The notes: generated by a model from the sequence alone, not told the origin. A stretch of DNA of 64,000 nt from Leptogorgia sarmentosa (GCA_964658305.1 OZ210884.1:8308001-8372000), one strand, 5' to 3'; positions 12,857 through 27,200 are shown, counted from the first letter of the stretch. Made by a program: numbers and translations.

Positions 12857-13095
12857 ACATATTTCATTAAACTAAACTAAACTAAATAAAATTATAAAAT
12901 TCACGAGTCATAGCTTGTTCCTATAACGAACTTTGAGATTGTTCTAAATATCATGGGGGGGGGGGGGGTACGATCATTCAAAATGCTAGTGTTAGGTAAT
13001 CATCGAACACAGCCAACCAACATTGTGTGACTGCCAACTCTAAATAATTCTCATCCTCTTCTTTCCCGCCGTTAACAAACTATAAACCATATTTA

Positions 13096-13412
13096 GAGCC
13101 TGTTTACGTATATGATACCATTTGCCCGGGATTCAATGAAGCGTAAGATGATTTTGAGGTATTGAAATGAGTCATAGTTTATCGATTTGAAGAAATGTAA
13201 AACTGCTGGTTGCTCGAGATTTTGTTCTGCCAAAATATCAAATAGACAAATTGTTGTTGGGCATCATTTTACTGTCTATAAATGCATCTTTTTGTGCATG
13301 TCTCAACTTTGATTGTTTCGTTTCATAAACTTGACTCATTTCAATACTCTCAAGGTCATTCGACGCTTCACTAAATCCCGGTTAATTAAGTTGAACGATA
13401 CAAACAGACACT
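13096..13412. mobile_element. MITE-like element with ~90-bp degenerate TIRs
   Basis: ccgggattcaatgaagcgt...gtattgaaatgagtcatagtttat pairs with ataaacttgactcatttcaatac...acgcttcactaaatcccgg. Confidence 0.55.
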
Positions 13413-15234
13413 ACTGAGAATTCAAGCAGTTACTACGGGATTAGTTGCAGTTATTGAAAGTTGCTGTCTTCATTCTTAACAATTTTTCTTCACCTGAATC
13501 GTATAGCGAGATGGTATGTGGTGCTTTTCTGAGGACGTTGGTACTATGCTCTGCTGAACGGTCGTTGGTTATTGACAAAGATATTTTGTGTTACTGTTTG
13601 TGTGGCGTTACGCATAACTGAACGGACGAGTTGCTATAATTATGAATTCCGCAAAGGAGCCAAGAGCAGGCAATGAGCTGTGTTACGAATGAACAAATTA
13701 ATCAGCTGCTCGACTAATTTATTCCCTCTACCGGCGAAGAATTCGGCAACTGTTCGGCAACCGCAATACCAGCACATGTTGTTGTAAATACTTCTGTAGT
13801 TCATGTACCATGATTCAATAGGTACAACAATGCAGGACGTTTAACAACAAAAGAATTTAACAAGTAGAGACAAGTTAACAAAGTATATTAAGTTGAACTC
13901 GAAGCTGGGATTATATAGAAATATGCATGAAAATAAGTTATATTTCAATATGGAACGAAACAACCGTCATTTCTGTAACCATCAATAAATGCCTTTTATT
14001 ATATTTTAGCCGAATGGTAAAATCTTAAGCAATCAAGATTTTTCAAATAAAAAAATAAGACTTCAACTAGAAAAATCATTGCACGCTTCAATCCTTTCAT
14101 GTACCCGCGAGTAGGGAGGATAATGTATGATCACCCGACCCATAAAACCATATTGTGGCAAAAGTATGCATTTAAATTGAGATGCGAAAGCTGGACAAGC
14201 TTAGGTTTGTTTCTAAGAGTATAAAAGTCATTTTGACTATCCTTTATAGCCAGGGGGAAAAAATTTCGTGATACATTCGTTGCCGCTCTTGGCTCCTTAA
14301 ATGAACACAAGATTGATGTTCAGTTATGCATAACGCCGCACAAACAGTTAGCATGAAATGTCTTTGTCAATGAAACCAGCAGAGCATTCACGCACTGAAG
14401 CGCTACAACATTAGTTCAGCCGACCACTGCATCATATGCTTCATTGTCAATCAGCGCGTCGTTGGAGGAAAATCACTTGCCGTCTTGTCAAGATAATTCG
14501 GTACCGTAATAGTTCAGAAATCGACATATAACTGGTAAGCTAAGTTAGCTAACTAAGCTGTTTACACAACTCCAGATCGATCTGGAACTTTCAGTGAACA
14601 GTTGTTTTTGTTATTCAATTCGTTGTTGCAGTAGCTAACGTCCAACTCGCTATTGTCGACTGTTGGGCTTCAGTTTACATTCAATTGTTGAACCCATGCG
14701 ACATCAGTGCGTGTTGATTGTAGGGTACATACGTATGCAAAAAAATGTAATTCAACATTGGCATCCCATTGAGCGTTAAATAATTACTGGGCGTAAATTT
14801 TTCGTCGCAAGGAGCCAGGTCTTATAGCTGTTGAATGCGTTATTCTGAGCAAAATGAAGCCTATTGTATATGAAGTATAACGTATTCACGAATTATATGA
14901 GCCATTTGAGGCAATACTGAATACGTATTGAAAATTTACTTCATCTAGAACTCAAATATGATTAACATCACTTCAATGAACTACGTACTTGAATATGCAT
15001 CATTATCCAGCCCAGATGATGCCGCGGAACCGGGGGGCATTGGGGGCATGTGCCTCCCGTCCCACTTTGAGGTGCTTCCGCGGCCCCTGATCCAGCCATG
15101 CATGCATAAGCTGAGTTCGGGTTACCATGACATGGATGCACTGCTATTTATTAGGCGCAGATCTGGAGGTGAAAACTGAATGTGATTTCGATCATAATAA
15201 GTTTTTTTTTTGTTTAGCTATAAAGATTTTCATT

Positions 15235-18200
15235 ATGTGGAAAGTTCACTTGCTGGTGTTGGTTTCGGTAACGATCGGCATTACACAAGCGAATACAGGT
15301 ACGCATCATTGAAGACTTGTATTGGAGTTCATTCGAGCAAGTGCATGTACACAATAATAGAATAGAGTTAGGATTCATTAGAGTACGTCACTGAACATCG
15401 ACCTGACTGATAGAAACTCATTATACAGCATAATCCGGTTTACACTGTCAAAGTTTCTATGATCAAAGTTGGATTTTGCGTTATTAAATAATATACATAA
15501 AAGTATTACTCGACTGTGATAGATTCATTTCAGTGCCGTCGAACACAACTCACAGTGCAATTTTCTCTAATCACAGTGCAAATTTCTCTAATCACAGTGC
15601 AATTTTCTCTAATCACAGTGCAATTTTCTCTAATCACAGTGCAATTTTCTCTAATCACAGTGCAATTTTCTCTAATCACAGTGCAATTTTCTCTAATCAC
15701 AGTGCAATCTTCTTTAGTCACTTTGAACCGCCGAGCTTCAACATGGCGAAAAAGGCCTGGTATATTGCCAGTGATGATTGAATTTTGTGTTCTTAAAACG
15801 GCCTTAGTCTCTCATCGCTCCTTCACATGAACAGATTCCCAACTCGAATCTTGTGAACCATTGACATTAAAAATCCACTTGCAACGAATCGCAACTTGCG
15901 AGTGAAATTGCTCTCCCAATGACTCGCAATTTGTGCGTGGGGAGTCTCTCCCAATAACTCGCAATTTGTGCGTGGCGTAAAGAGTCGGAACGAAGACTCG
16001 TTTCACTCGCGAGTACTCGCGCGCGAGCACCCGCTACTCGCGAGTGGATGTACCCTTACTTGAGGCTGATACACCGTAGACTTGGTCCCAGTGGCGTAGT
16101 CCCGTCAACAAAATCGTATTTTTCCGATTCGGCTTAGCTCCATTTGGTCGTGTTGCATTTCATGAATGGAAATTTTAAGGAAAGATTTAACAGTCTGGCA
16201 TTTCTGCATTTCTGTCACGAAGAAGTACCCTTTGAGACCAAATCGTGACGGTTGGGTGTACAACAACGTTTTTTTTGTTTTGCTGAAAAACTTTCGATCT
16301 CTCTTTTTACTCTTTTTAGATTGTACGTCTACTGAAAAGGGTGATTGTTGTGTGTTTCCATTCAAGTATAAAGGAGCAACCTACGACTCCTGCTCATTCC
16401 TTGACTCCTCTAAACCATGGTGTTCGCTAACCTCGAATTTTGATACGGACAAGAAATTTGGTTATTGCGCGTTCAAAAGTATGTCCAATTAAATATTGGT
16501 ATAGTCATTACAATTTCATATTGCTATACTGCTATCAATTGCGCATGTGCAAATATCAAATAGCTACTAACTCTTGCATTTGCATCTAAAAATTCCAGCA
16601 AAACATCTAAAATTCCCCATTTATTATCTCTAGCTTGCGAAATTAAAACCACAGATGGGGATTGCTGTGTGTTTCCTTTTACATACAGCGGAGTCACATA
16701 CAACGCATGTACGAAGACATCAGACTCCAAGGCCTGGTGTGGAACAAAATCCAAAGTTGAATTCTGGACAAGAAAACCACGGGGGGATTGCGAACATTAT
16801 GGTAAAGTGATAATGATCCTGAGGCATGTCCATGCCGTTTTATATATAGTTTGGTCTTGTTAATAGTCTCTTTGGTCTCGTCATCAAAACATTCCTTGCT
16901 TTCAAGACAGGGAGTCTCAAAAAACAATACAGTATCTCCCAAAAAACAATACAGTATCTCCCAAAAAGCAATAGAGTATCTCCCAAAAAGCAATAGAGTA
17001 TCTCCCAAAAAACAATTATTCAGTATCTCCCAAAAAACAATAGAGTATCTCCCAAAAAACAATACAGTATCTCCCAAAAATCAATAGAGTATCTCCCAAA
17101 AAGCAATACAGTATCTCCCAAAAAAAACAATCCCCTCTGTTACCTCGATAGAAATCTCTCTTTTGGAAATTTAAAATAACTTTAAAAAAAGCAGCAACAC
17201 AAACACGTAGACTTGTATCTTAACCGAGCCAATTCGAGTGAGAATTATTGTTCAACTGTCCACAGGGCAGCAAACATTCGTCGAAATAACTTATATTTGT
17301 GAAGACAGCTCACATGAGTGAACAATTAATATACTACCATCGAAACGACTGATCTGGTGACCAAGCAGAGCTCGCGTATTTGAAAGGCTATGCAGCTTTT
17401 TTAACCTAGATATTAAGCCTTAACAATGTTACCCGGGGTAACATTATTTTTGTTTACTTTTTCTGCAGCTGATCCGTGTTTTTATTCTCCTTGCAAAAAG
17501 GGTGGCATATGTCAAAGTAACAAAAATCAATTCACGTGCCAGTGCCCTACAGGTTGGCAAGGTGAAACGTGTACAGAAAAAGGTTAGAATGAAGTTCTAA
17601 TTTTGGTTTGACGAAAATATATATAATATTATATTATATTATATTATATTATATTATATTATATTATATTATATTATATTATATTATATTATATTATATT
17701 ATATTATATTATATTATATTATATTATATTATATTATATTATATTATATTATATTATATTATATTATATTATATTATATTATATTATATTATATTATATT
17801 ATATTATATTATATTATATTATATTATATTATATTATATTATATTATATTATATTATATTATATTATATTATATTATATTATATTATATTATATTATATT
17901 ATATTATATTATATTATATTATATTATATTATATTATATTATATTATATTATATTATATTATATTATATTATATTATATTATATTATATTATATTATATT
18001 ATATTATATTATATTATATTATATTATATTATATTATATTATATTATATTATATTATATTATATTATATTATATTATATTATATTATATTATATTATATT
18101 ATATTATATTATATTATATTATATTATATTATATTATATTATATTATATTATATTATATTATATTATATTATATTATATTATATTATATTATATTATATT

Positions 18201-21200
18201 ATATTATATTATATTATATTATATTATATTATATTATATTATATTATATTATATTATATTATATTATATTATATTATATTATATTATATTATATTATATT
18301 ATATTATATTATATTATATTATATTATATTATATTATATTATATTATATTATATTATATTATATTATATTATATTATATTATATTATATTATATTATATT
18401 ATATTATACTGGGAACATATTAAGAACATATTATATACTGAGAACATATTATATATAAAGAACATATTATATACTGAGACAGATTGACCCAAAGATTTCC
18501 CTTGCCGGGTGAAGTCCGTAAACTCATTTATTTAAACACAAGTTAAGAGTGGCAAGTGATATTGCAATGGTATAGATCCAACAAAAATCCACACTCGTCT
18601 TTTTCAGCAAATCCTTGTGAAAATTCTCCATGTGAAAACGGTGGGAAATGTTTCAGTGATGTAGACAACATACACTTCCATTGTAACTGTTCTCGGGGAT
18701 ATGAAGGGAAAACTTGTGAAAACGAAGGTAACACATCTTGGAGAAAAAGCAAAATTGCATGTGTTTTCTCCACTGAGTGGAGTGGAGTATATATAGAGTA
18801 TATATAGAGTATATATAGAGTATATATAGAGTATATATAGAGTATATATTAAGAGTATACTGCATGTAGGTATATAAAGTTTGTGAGTTCACCAGCCAAA
18901 AGGTCCGCTGACACAGGCTATTTTCGCTGCGATCTTTGACGGATGTCAAGGAGTAAACCAGTGACGAATGTTCCGGTGAGGAAGCGCACACTCAGCGCAT
19001 TCCTTTTTAATCCGTTTGTTCATATTTATCAGAAGGAGAAAATCGCAGCAAAAAATCGCTCTCGTGAACGGGCCTTCAGGAAAAATTTTAAAAACTAACC
19101 GTTGATATTGCAGTCAGCAATAAAGGAGAAATATATGTTTTGTCTTGCAAAGGGAAAGATATGGTGGGGTTATTCAAACCACTAAAGTCCGTGGTTGAAG
19201 TCCGTGGTTGAAGTCCTTCAAACACGATACTCAACCAAGGACTTCTACACGATACTCAACCACGATACTCAACCACGATACTCAGCCACCATACTCAGTA
19301 TCGTGGTTGAAATATCGTGGCTGAGTATCGTGTAGAAGTCCGTGGTTGAACATCGTGGTTGAAGTCCGTGCATGACGTTTTGTTGCTTTGCGAGTATTCG
19401 TAGTCGTTTTCGGTTACGATTCTTGTGAAGCATGCTGGTACTAGTAGTCACGAAGCCTAAGAAAACGTCATTATGCATATTAAGGTTGATCTATTGTGAG
19501 ATATCAGGCCTCGATATGCAGCAGGTGTAGTTATAAGGGACAGTAGCATTAAGATATATAAAAAATAACACAAATTAGTACTTATTAAAAAAGATGAACA
19601 TAATTTAACGTTCCAATCTGCTCCACGCCATAGCGTACGATAAACAAAGTTTTGACTTATATAAGTTATTTTTTAATTAGTTGGTCCATGTGATAGTTCT
19701 CCTTGCAAGAATGGAGGAACGTGTACGGATAATAAAAATTCACACACACACACTTGTACCTGCACAGAACAGTACGAAGGAGATACTTGTGAAACAAGAG
19801 GTTTGTTTCTGATTTGGAATTTTATGATTGGGATTCTTTGAATATCTCAGTTAGTGAGTGAGTGGGTTTCATATCTTAACTGCGTTCAATGTGGGGGTTC
19901 CAAACATGCAGAGCATGAAGACAGCTAGGTAGCTGAAAGGGGTCAAATGGGAACTGCCATTAAGAATTATTATTAAGAAACAATAGAAAATGGGAATGGG
20001 ATTAAGATTTGAGCAGGACAGTCGCTGAGAAGATGGGATTTGTGCTCTTGGACACTGGGATTTAGCCAACATTTGGGCTGGGAAATGAAATAGGAAACCC
20101 TAGAGAGCAGCATTGGCAATCTTGTGTAGAAACAAAGTAGGTCATATGCAAGAAATTTTAAATAGTTAAAAAAAACAACATTTAAGAAAATTTCCACTCT
20201 GTGTTGAATCGTCGGTGCATGCATTCCAGTTTGGGGTAAACGATTGAATCAACAGGCTGCATGAAAACATCAACTTTGAACAGCATCTAATCGATTTACT
20301 TTAGTTCAGACAAAGTAACATGTTACTGCCAATCTCGGAACACTCGTTTTATTACTATTGATATAGTAATGTGAATCCAGTGACCAATACGCCCAAACTA
20401 TATATTTTTTGTTTTTCTTGGTCATGTTGACGATGTTTTAGGGGACAATAATGTTTGTGCCGTTGTATACATGTATACAATGACAAAATTATGACTAAAT
20501 TGATCGTTTAATTATTTCAGTTGATCCGTGTAAAAATAATCCATGTTTGAATGGCGGTAAATGTTTGAGTGATCTGTCAGAGTTTACTACTTCATGCAAA
20601 TGTCCAAATGGATACGAAGGAGACGTTTGTCAAAACAGAGGTAAAGTTCAACCTAAAAATACGTTAACTATGAGTTAAATCTCACATTTTATGAACAATT
20701 TTACGCATTTTTTTCAGTTTATCCTTGCGATAGTTCTCCTTGTGAAAATGGTGGAAGCTGTGTGAATACCGAAAACTCTTTCAAGTGTAATTGTACAAAC
20801 CAGTATGAAGGAAATACGTGTGAAAGAAGAGGTTTGCTCCTTACAGCAAAATAATTATAATATTGCAAACAATTTATTTGTGTTTTTAACAATTAATTTC
20901 TTCTGAGATAGATTCGTTTTACGGTCTGCGAACATGAATAAATGAATTTGTCCTCTCCACTTATCGAGTCAAGCGATACCACTGGCTGTGGCATGGATAA
21001 TCATACTACATATTTGTTTCAGTTGATCCTTGCGAAGTCAATCCATGTTTGAATGGAGGTGAATGTTTGAGTGATTTGTCAGAATTTACAACCTCCTGCA
21101 CTTGTTCAGATGGATATGAAGGAGATATTTGTCAGGATAGAGGTATTATAGCTAAGATTTAACATGTGACGTGTTTGAGTCTGAGTGTTGGTTACAAAAA

Positions 21201-24200
21201 CCGGGAACGCAAATTTAATCTGCAACGATCATGTTAAGTTTTTCAGCAAACCTTGCAGATCACAGGTCTCGTCAAACGTCGACTCGTAACATGAACCGTT
21301 CTAGGAAAAATTTGAAGTTAAGAACCGACATGAGACGTGTTAGCAATCACATTAATTGCTTTATGAAATTTTGTAGTTTTTCCATGTGATAGCTCTCCTT
21401 GCGAAAACAACGGAACTTGCGTAAATACTGAAAACACTTTCATGTGTACCTGTACAGAAAAGTATGAAGGAGTTACTTGTGGAAACAAAGGTTTGTTTGT
21501 TGACGTTATTCGTCATACTTACGCTGTTGCTTTTTTAAAATCTACAGCTGTAATTTTCTTAATTTCTCGATGTCTGCGTGATTCCCTTTATTTGAAATTC
21601 ATTCTGTACATAATGTTAAAAATAAGGAAAGTATGTCTTATTATTTCCATGAATGGACCACCGTATGGCCAAACTATACTTTTTTCAGTCGATCCTTGTG
21701 AAATAAATCCATGTCTGAATGGAGGTGAATGTATGAGTGATTTGTCAGAATTCACCACATCGTGCACGTGTCCTGATGGTTATGAAGGAGATACTTGTCA
21801 GAATAGAGGTAAGATTATGACACACAAAACTGTTCCAGCATTGAATTTTGGTTCAATTTTTAAAATTTGAACTGTTCCAGCATTAAATTTTGGTTCAATT
21901 TTTAAAATTTTGTTAACCGTTTTTAAACTGTTGTTTAAAAATGTTGTTTACTTTTTATAGTTTACCCATGTGATAGCTCTCCTTGTGAAAATAACGGAAC
22001 TTGTGAAAATGTTGAAGATACCTTCAAGTGCACTTGTACAGAACATTATGAAGGAGTTACTTGTGAAAGCAGAGGTTGGTTTGTTAACCTTTTTGTATTA
22101 GCGGAGCATTTTTTTTTCATGTTGTTATGTCGATTTTCAAATCATGACAAACAGATTTTCCCCTTTTATTTTCTTTATGTTTATGTTTACGTAAATTCTT
22201 TCTGCAAACTGATGCTGTTGCCGCCGCTTGTGAATAATTCTGGCTTCTACTAAAGTATGTATTTGTTTTAGCTGATCCATGTGCAGTAAATCCATGTCTA
22301 AATGGAGGAAAATGTTTGAGTGATTTGTCAGAATTTACTACTTCCTGCAGTTGTTCAGATGGATATGAAGGAGATACTTGTCAAAACAGAGGTAAAAGAT
22401 TAATTGACGTGAAAATACGTCGGATCCATTAACCTTTCTGCAATTGGTTTTATTAAACAATTGTGTTAAAAATGTTGTGTCTTTTGGTAGTTTATCCCTG
22501 CGACAGTTCTCCATGTGAAAATGGTGGGATCTGTGCGAATACTGAAAACAGTTTCAAGTGCACTTGCACAGAAAAGTTTGAAGGAGTTAGCTGCGAAACT
22601 AGAGGTTTGTTCACTGACACTTTGATTGCTATTATTATTATGCTGTAATCTGCAATAGTTTTCATGTAATAGTTTCATGTAATTTTCACCATTATTGTGG
22701 TATATTTGCATTCAGTGAGAAAATAGCAATAAAAGTAAAAATTTCTTTCAGTTGATCCCTGTAAAAACAGTTCATGTTTAAATGGTGGAAAATGTCTGAG
22801 TGATTTGTCAGAATTTACTACTTCATGCAGTTGTCCAGACGGATACGAAGGAGACATTTGCGAGAACAGAGGTAAAATTTAACGTATAATATTGTTGAAC
22901 TCTACTTTTAGCTATCATTTTCAGTTGCTTTACGAATTTTTGTATCCTTGTTTTAGTCGATCCATGTGATAGTTCCCCTTGCGAAAATAATGGAACTTGT
23001 TTGAATACTGAAAATACTTTTAAGTGTACTTGTACAGAAAAATACGAAGGAGCTACTTGTGGAAACAAAGGTTTGTTTGTGAAAAATGTTGTGATCTTGT
23101 CCTTTCATTTAAATCAACAGTTGTTGTTTTCACTTATACTTCCGCTGTTTTGATTGCTTTTTTTCTTCTGACTGGAATCCACTCGCGTTATTGTATTTTT
23201 GTTTGATTGATTGTCTACATATACTTTTATTCAGTTAATCCTTGCGAAGTAAATCCATGTCTAAATGGAGGTGAATGTTTGAGTGATTTGTCAGAATTTA
23301 CAACCTCCTGCACGTGTCCTGATGGTTATGAAGGAGATACTTGTCAAAACAGAGGTAATATGCAGTACATGCAAAACTGTTTCAGCTTTGAATTTTATTT
23401 AAATTTATGATTGTTTTTTACTTTTTGCAGTTCATCCATGTGATAGCTCTCCTTGTAAAAATAACGGAACTTGTGAAAATGTTGAATATACCTTCAAGTG
23501 TACTTGTACAGAACATTATGAAGGGGATACTTGTGAAAGCAGAGGTTGGTTTGTTAACCGTTTGTATTAGCGAAGCATTTTTTTTTCATGTTGTTATCAT
23601 GTCGATTTTTAAAACGAACAGATTTTCCTCGTGCTTTTCTTTCTGCATGTCTACGTTAATTCGCCCTGCATAATGATGCTGTTGCCGCCGTTTTCGAGTA
23701 ATTCTGGCTTCTACAAAATATGTATTTGTTTTAGCTGATCCATGTGCAGTAAATCCATGTCTAAATGGAGGTGAATGTTTGAGCGATTTGTCAGAATTTA
23801 CTACTTCCTGTAGTTGTTCAGATGGATATGAAGGAGAAACATGTCAAAGCAGAGGTAAGATTTAATATTATAAAAACTTGTTTGAGGTTCTAATTTTACT
23901 TCAATTCATATTTTTTTATAACCTTTTGTAGTTTACCCATGTGATAGCTCTCCTTGTGAAAATAACGGAACTTGTGAAAATGTTGAATATACCTTCAAGT
24001 GCACTTGTACAGAACATTATGAAGGAGATACTTGTGAAAGCAGAGGTTGGTTGGTTAACCTTTCTAGATCTGTATTCGCGGAGGGGTTTTTTTCATGTTG
24101 TTATGCCGATTTTTAAATCATGACAAACAGATTTCCCCGTTCTTTTCTTTATGTTTATATGTTTACGTTAATTCTTTCTGCAAACTGATGCTGTTGCCGC

Positions 24201-27200
24201 CGCTTGAGAATAATTCTGGCTTCTACTAAAGTATGTATTTGTTTTAGCTGATCCATGCGAAGTCAATCCATGTCTAAATGGAGGAAAATGTTTGAGTGAT
24301 TTGTCAGAATTTACTACTTCCTGCAGTTGTCCAGATGGATATGATGGAGAAATATGTCAAAGCAGAGGTAAGATTAATCGACGTGAAAATACGTTCATTA
24401 AACTTCCGGCTATTGGTTAAAAATGTTGTGTCTTTGGTAGTTTATCCCTGCGATAGTTCTCCATGTGAAAATGGTGGGATCTGTGCGAATACTGAAAACA
24501 GTTTCAAGTGCACTTGCACAGAAAGGTTTGACGGAGTTAGCTGCGAAACTAGAGGTTTGTTTACTGACACTTTGATTGCTATTATTATTTTGCAGTGAAA
24601 CAATTTAATTAAAATAAAAATTTCTTTCAGTTGATCCCTGTAAAAACAGTTCATGTTTAAATGGTGGAAAATGTCTGAGTGATTTGTCAGAATTTACTAC
24701 TTCATGCAGTTGTCCAGACGGATACGAAGGAGACATTTGCGAGAACAGAGGTAAAATTTAACGTATAATATTGTTGAACTCTACTTTTAGCTACCATTTT
24801 CAGTTGCTTTATGAATTTTTGTATCCTTGTTTTAGTCGATCCATGTGATAGTTCCCCATGCGAAAATAATGGAACTTGTTTGAACACTGAAAACACTTTT
24901 AAGTGTACTTGTACAGAAAAATACGAAGGAGCTACTTGTGGAAACAAAGGTTTGTTTGTGGAAAATGTTGTGATCTTGTCCTTTCATTTAAATCAACAGT
25001 TGCTATTTTCTTGATCGTTTTCTTGTTTTATACTCCGTTGTTTTGTTTGCTATTTTTCTTATGACTGGAATCTACTTGCGGTATTGTATTTTTGTTGTTT
25101 GATTGTTTGATTGTTTGATTGTTTGATTGTTTCATTATGAAAGTACGATCAAAGTCATCAAAACTATACTTTTTTTCAGCCGATCCTTGCGAAGTAAATC
25201 CATGTCTAAATGGAGGTGAATGTTTGAGTGATGTGTCAGAATTTACTACCTCGTGTAGTTGTCCTGATGGATATGAAGGAGATACTTGTCAAAACAGAGG
25301 TAAGATATATTATTATCCAAACTTGTTTGAGCTTTGAATTTTACTTCAATTTCAATTTATGATTGATTTTACTTTTTGTAGTTTACCCATGTGATAGCTC
25401 TCCTTGTGAAAATAACGGAACTTGTGAAAATGTTGAAGACAACTTCAAGTGCACTTGTACAGAACATTATGAAGGAGATACTTGTGAAAGCAGAGGTTGG
25501 TTTGTTAACATTTTATCATTTGATCAGTTATAATTGCAATGCTTTCTAGTTTCCAGTGTGTTGACTTTTAATTTGCTTTGAATTTTATTTTCATTGGCGT
25601 CATCGCTGCAGTACTGCAGTAGTGTAAAAATGTGAAACTTTTTCGGTTTTTCCATCAAATATTTCATTATGCATATGTATACTTAACATTGTACTTATTT
25701 AATTGTTTCAGTCGATCCTTGTACAATAAATCCATGTTTAAATGGTGGAAAATGTTTGAGTGATCTTTCAAACTTTGCTACTTCATGCAGTTGTCCGGAT
25801 GGGTATGAAGGAAGAATTTGTCAAAACAAAGGCAAGTTTAAATTTGATTTCAAATAGCTATCTTATCATATTTTACTTATTTTTGTCAATTTTATTTTCT
25901 TCCCTTTGTTATCAAGGGGATAATGATACAATGGGCTGAATGGGCTTCCATCATCTGCTTTTACAATTTTTTTACGATTAATTTGCATGAAAACTGTTTA
26001 ACAGACCGAAACAATAACACAGAATTCATTCTCTTGACACCTATACAATTTGTTTATAATTATGTTAAATGAGATAAAAAAACAAATTAACTGAAAGTAT
26101 ATAATTAGTTTGCGTTTAATAACATAAAGTTGTTACAACATTCTTTGCAGTTAATCCATGTGACGTTTCTCCTTGTGAAAATAATGGGACATGCGAAAGC
26201 ACCGAAGACAGTTTCAAATGTATTTGTCCAGAGCAATACGAAGGGGAAACGTGCGAATCAAAAGGTTTACTTACTAGTTAAATTTACTTAAATGTTTTGC
26301 TTGATGTGCGGTACTTTTTAAATATTGTTTGTCTTTATTACTCTTGGGTTTTTCGTAATTGCAAATTTCGCAGCTTACCAAGTTACGAACTTCAACGTCT
26401 GCTAGAGAATTAGGCGGACAAACCACCTACAATGCTCAAGCGTGCGTTGGACGTTTATTAACATTTCTCTTCCGGCCCCAAACTAAACTAGTTCTGCACC
26501 TCCACTGGTTAAAGCACTGTTCAGAAAGTAGACATTGCTGGCAAAAACATATACAGTCAGTAAAAAAGTGAATAATTGCAGGCAAAATTTTGAATATCTT
26601 TCCGAGAAACTTATTTCAACAATTCTGGAATTTTTTAGTGGATGTTTGCAAAAGTGAACCGTGTGAAAATGAGGGGGTGTGTTTTAGTGATTTGTCAAGA
26701 GATCAGTTTCTCTGCAGCTGTAAAGAGGGATTTGAAGGGGAAACGTGTTCGGAAAAAGGCAAGTGTCATACATTTTTTCGGAAATTTTCATTTGAATAAG
26801 GCCTGTTCCATACGTCGAACTTTAGTCGCGTCGAATGCAATTAAAACAATAGATAATGAGATAACTTGCCTCATTATCAGCTCATTATCCTTTTCGACGT
26901 TTGAAACAGGCCTAATGTCTACATTTATTTGATTGCCAATTGCAAATACTTACATATTGACATATTCAAAAATGAATTTGCCCAATTAGCTCTTTATTTT
27001 ATTTATGATACGCGGTAGGTGTTTTACAGAAACCCCACAAAACTTCTCATGATAATGATTTTAACATGCAAAACCAAAAAAGAAAGAAAGGATTTTTAGC
27101 AACTGATATCAGAATATATTATGTTGTCATAATACTAGAATACTATACTACTTGTGATCATTATATTCACAGTTGATCCATGTAAAAATTCTCCCTGCAA

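Noticed and set aside
12285..12867. 191-aa and 183-aa HITHYTL ORFs
   Set aside because: Translations of the (TAATGTG)n repeat.
17608..18423. 271-aa IILYY ORF
   Set aside because: Translation of the (ATATT)n microsatellite inside an intron.
20521..26758. Repeat-spacer periodicity reminiscent of a CRISPR or cassette array
   Set aside because: The repeats are 114/120-nt coding EGF exons with AG/GT boundaries and the spacers are introns; eukaryotic context and no cas genes.
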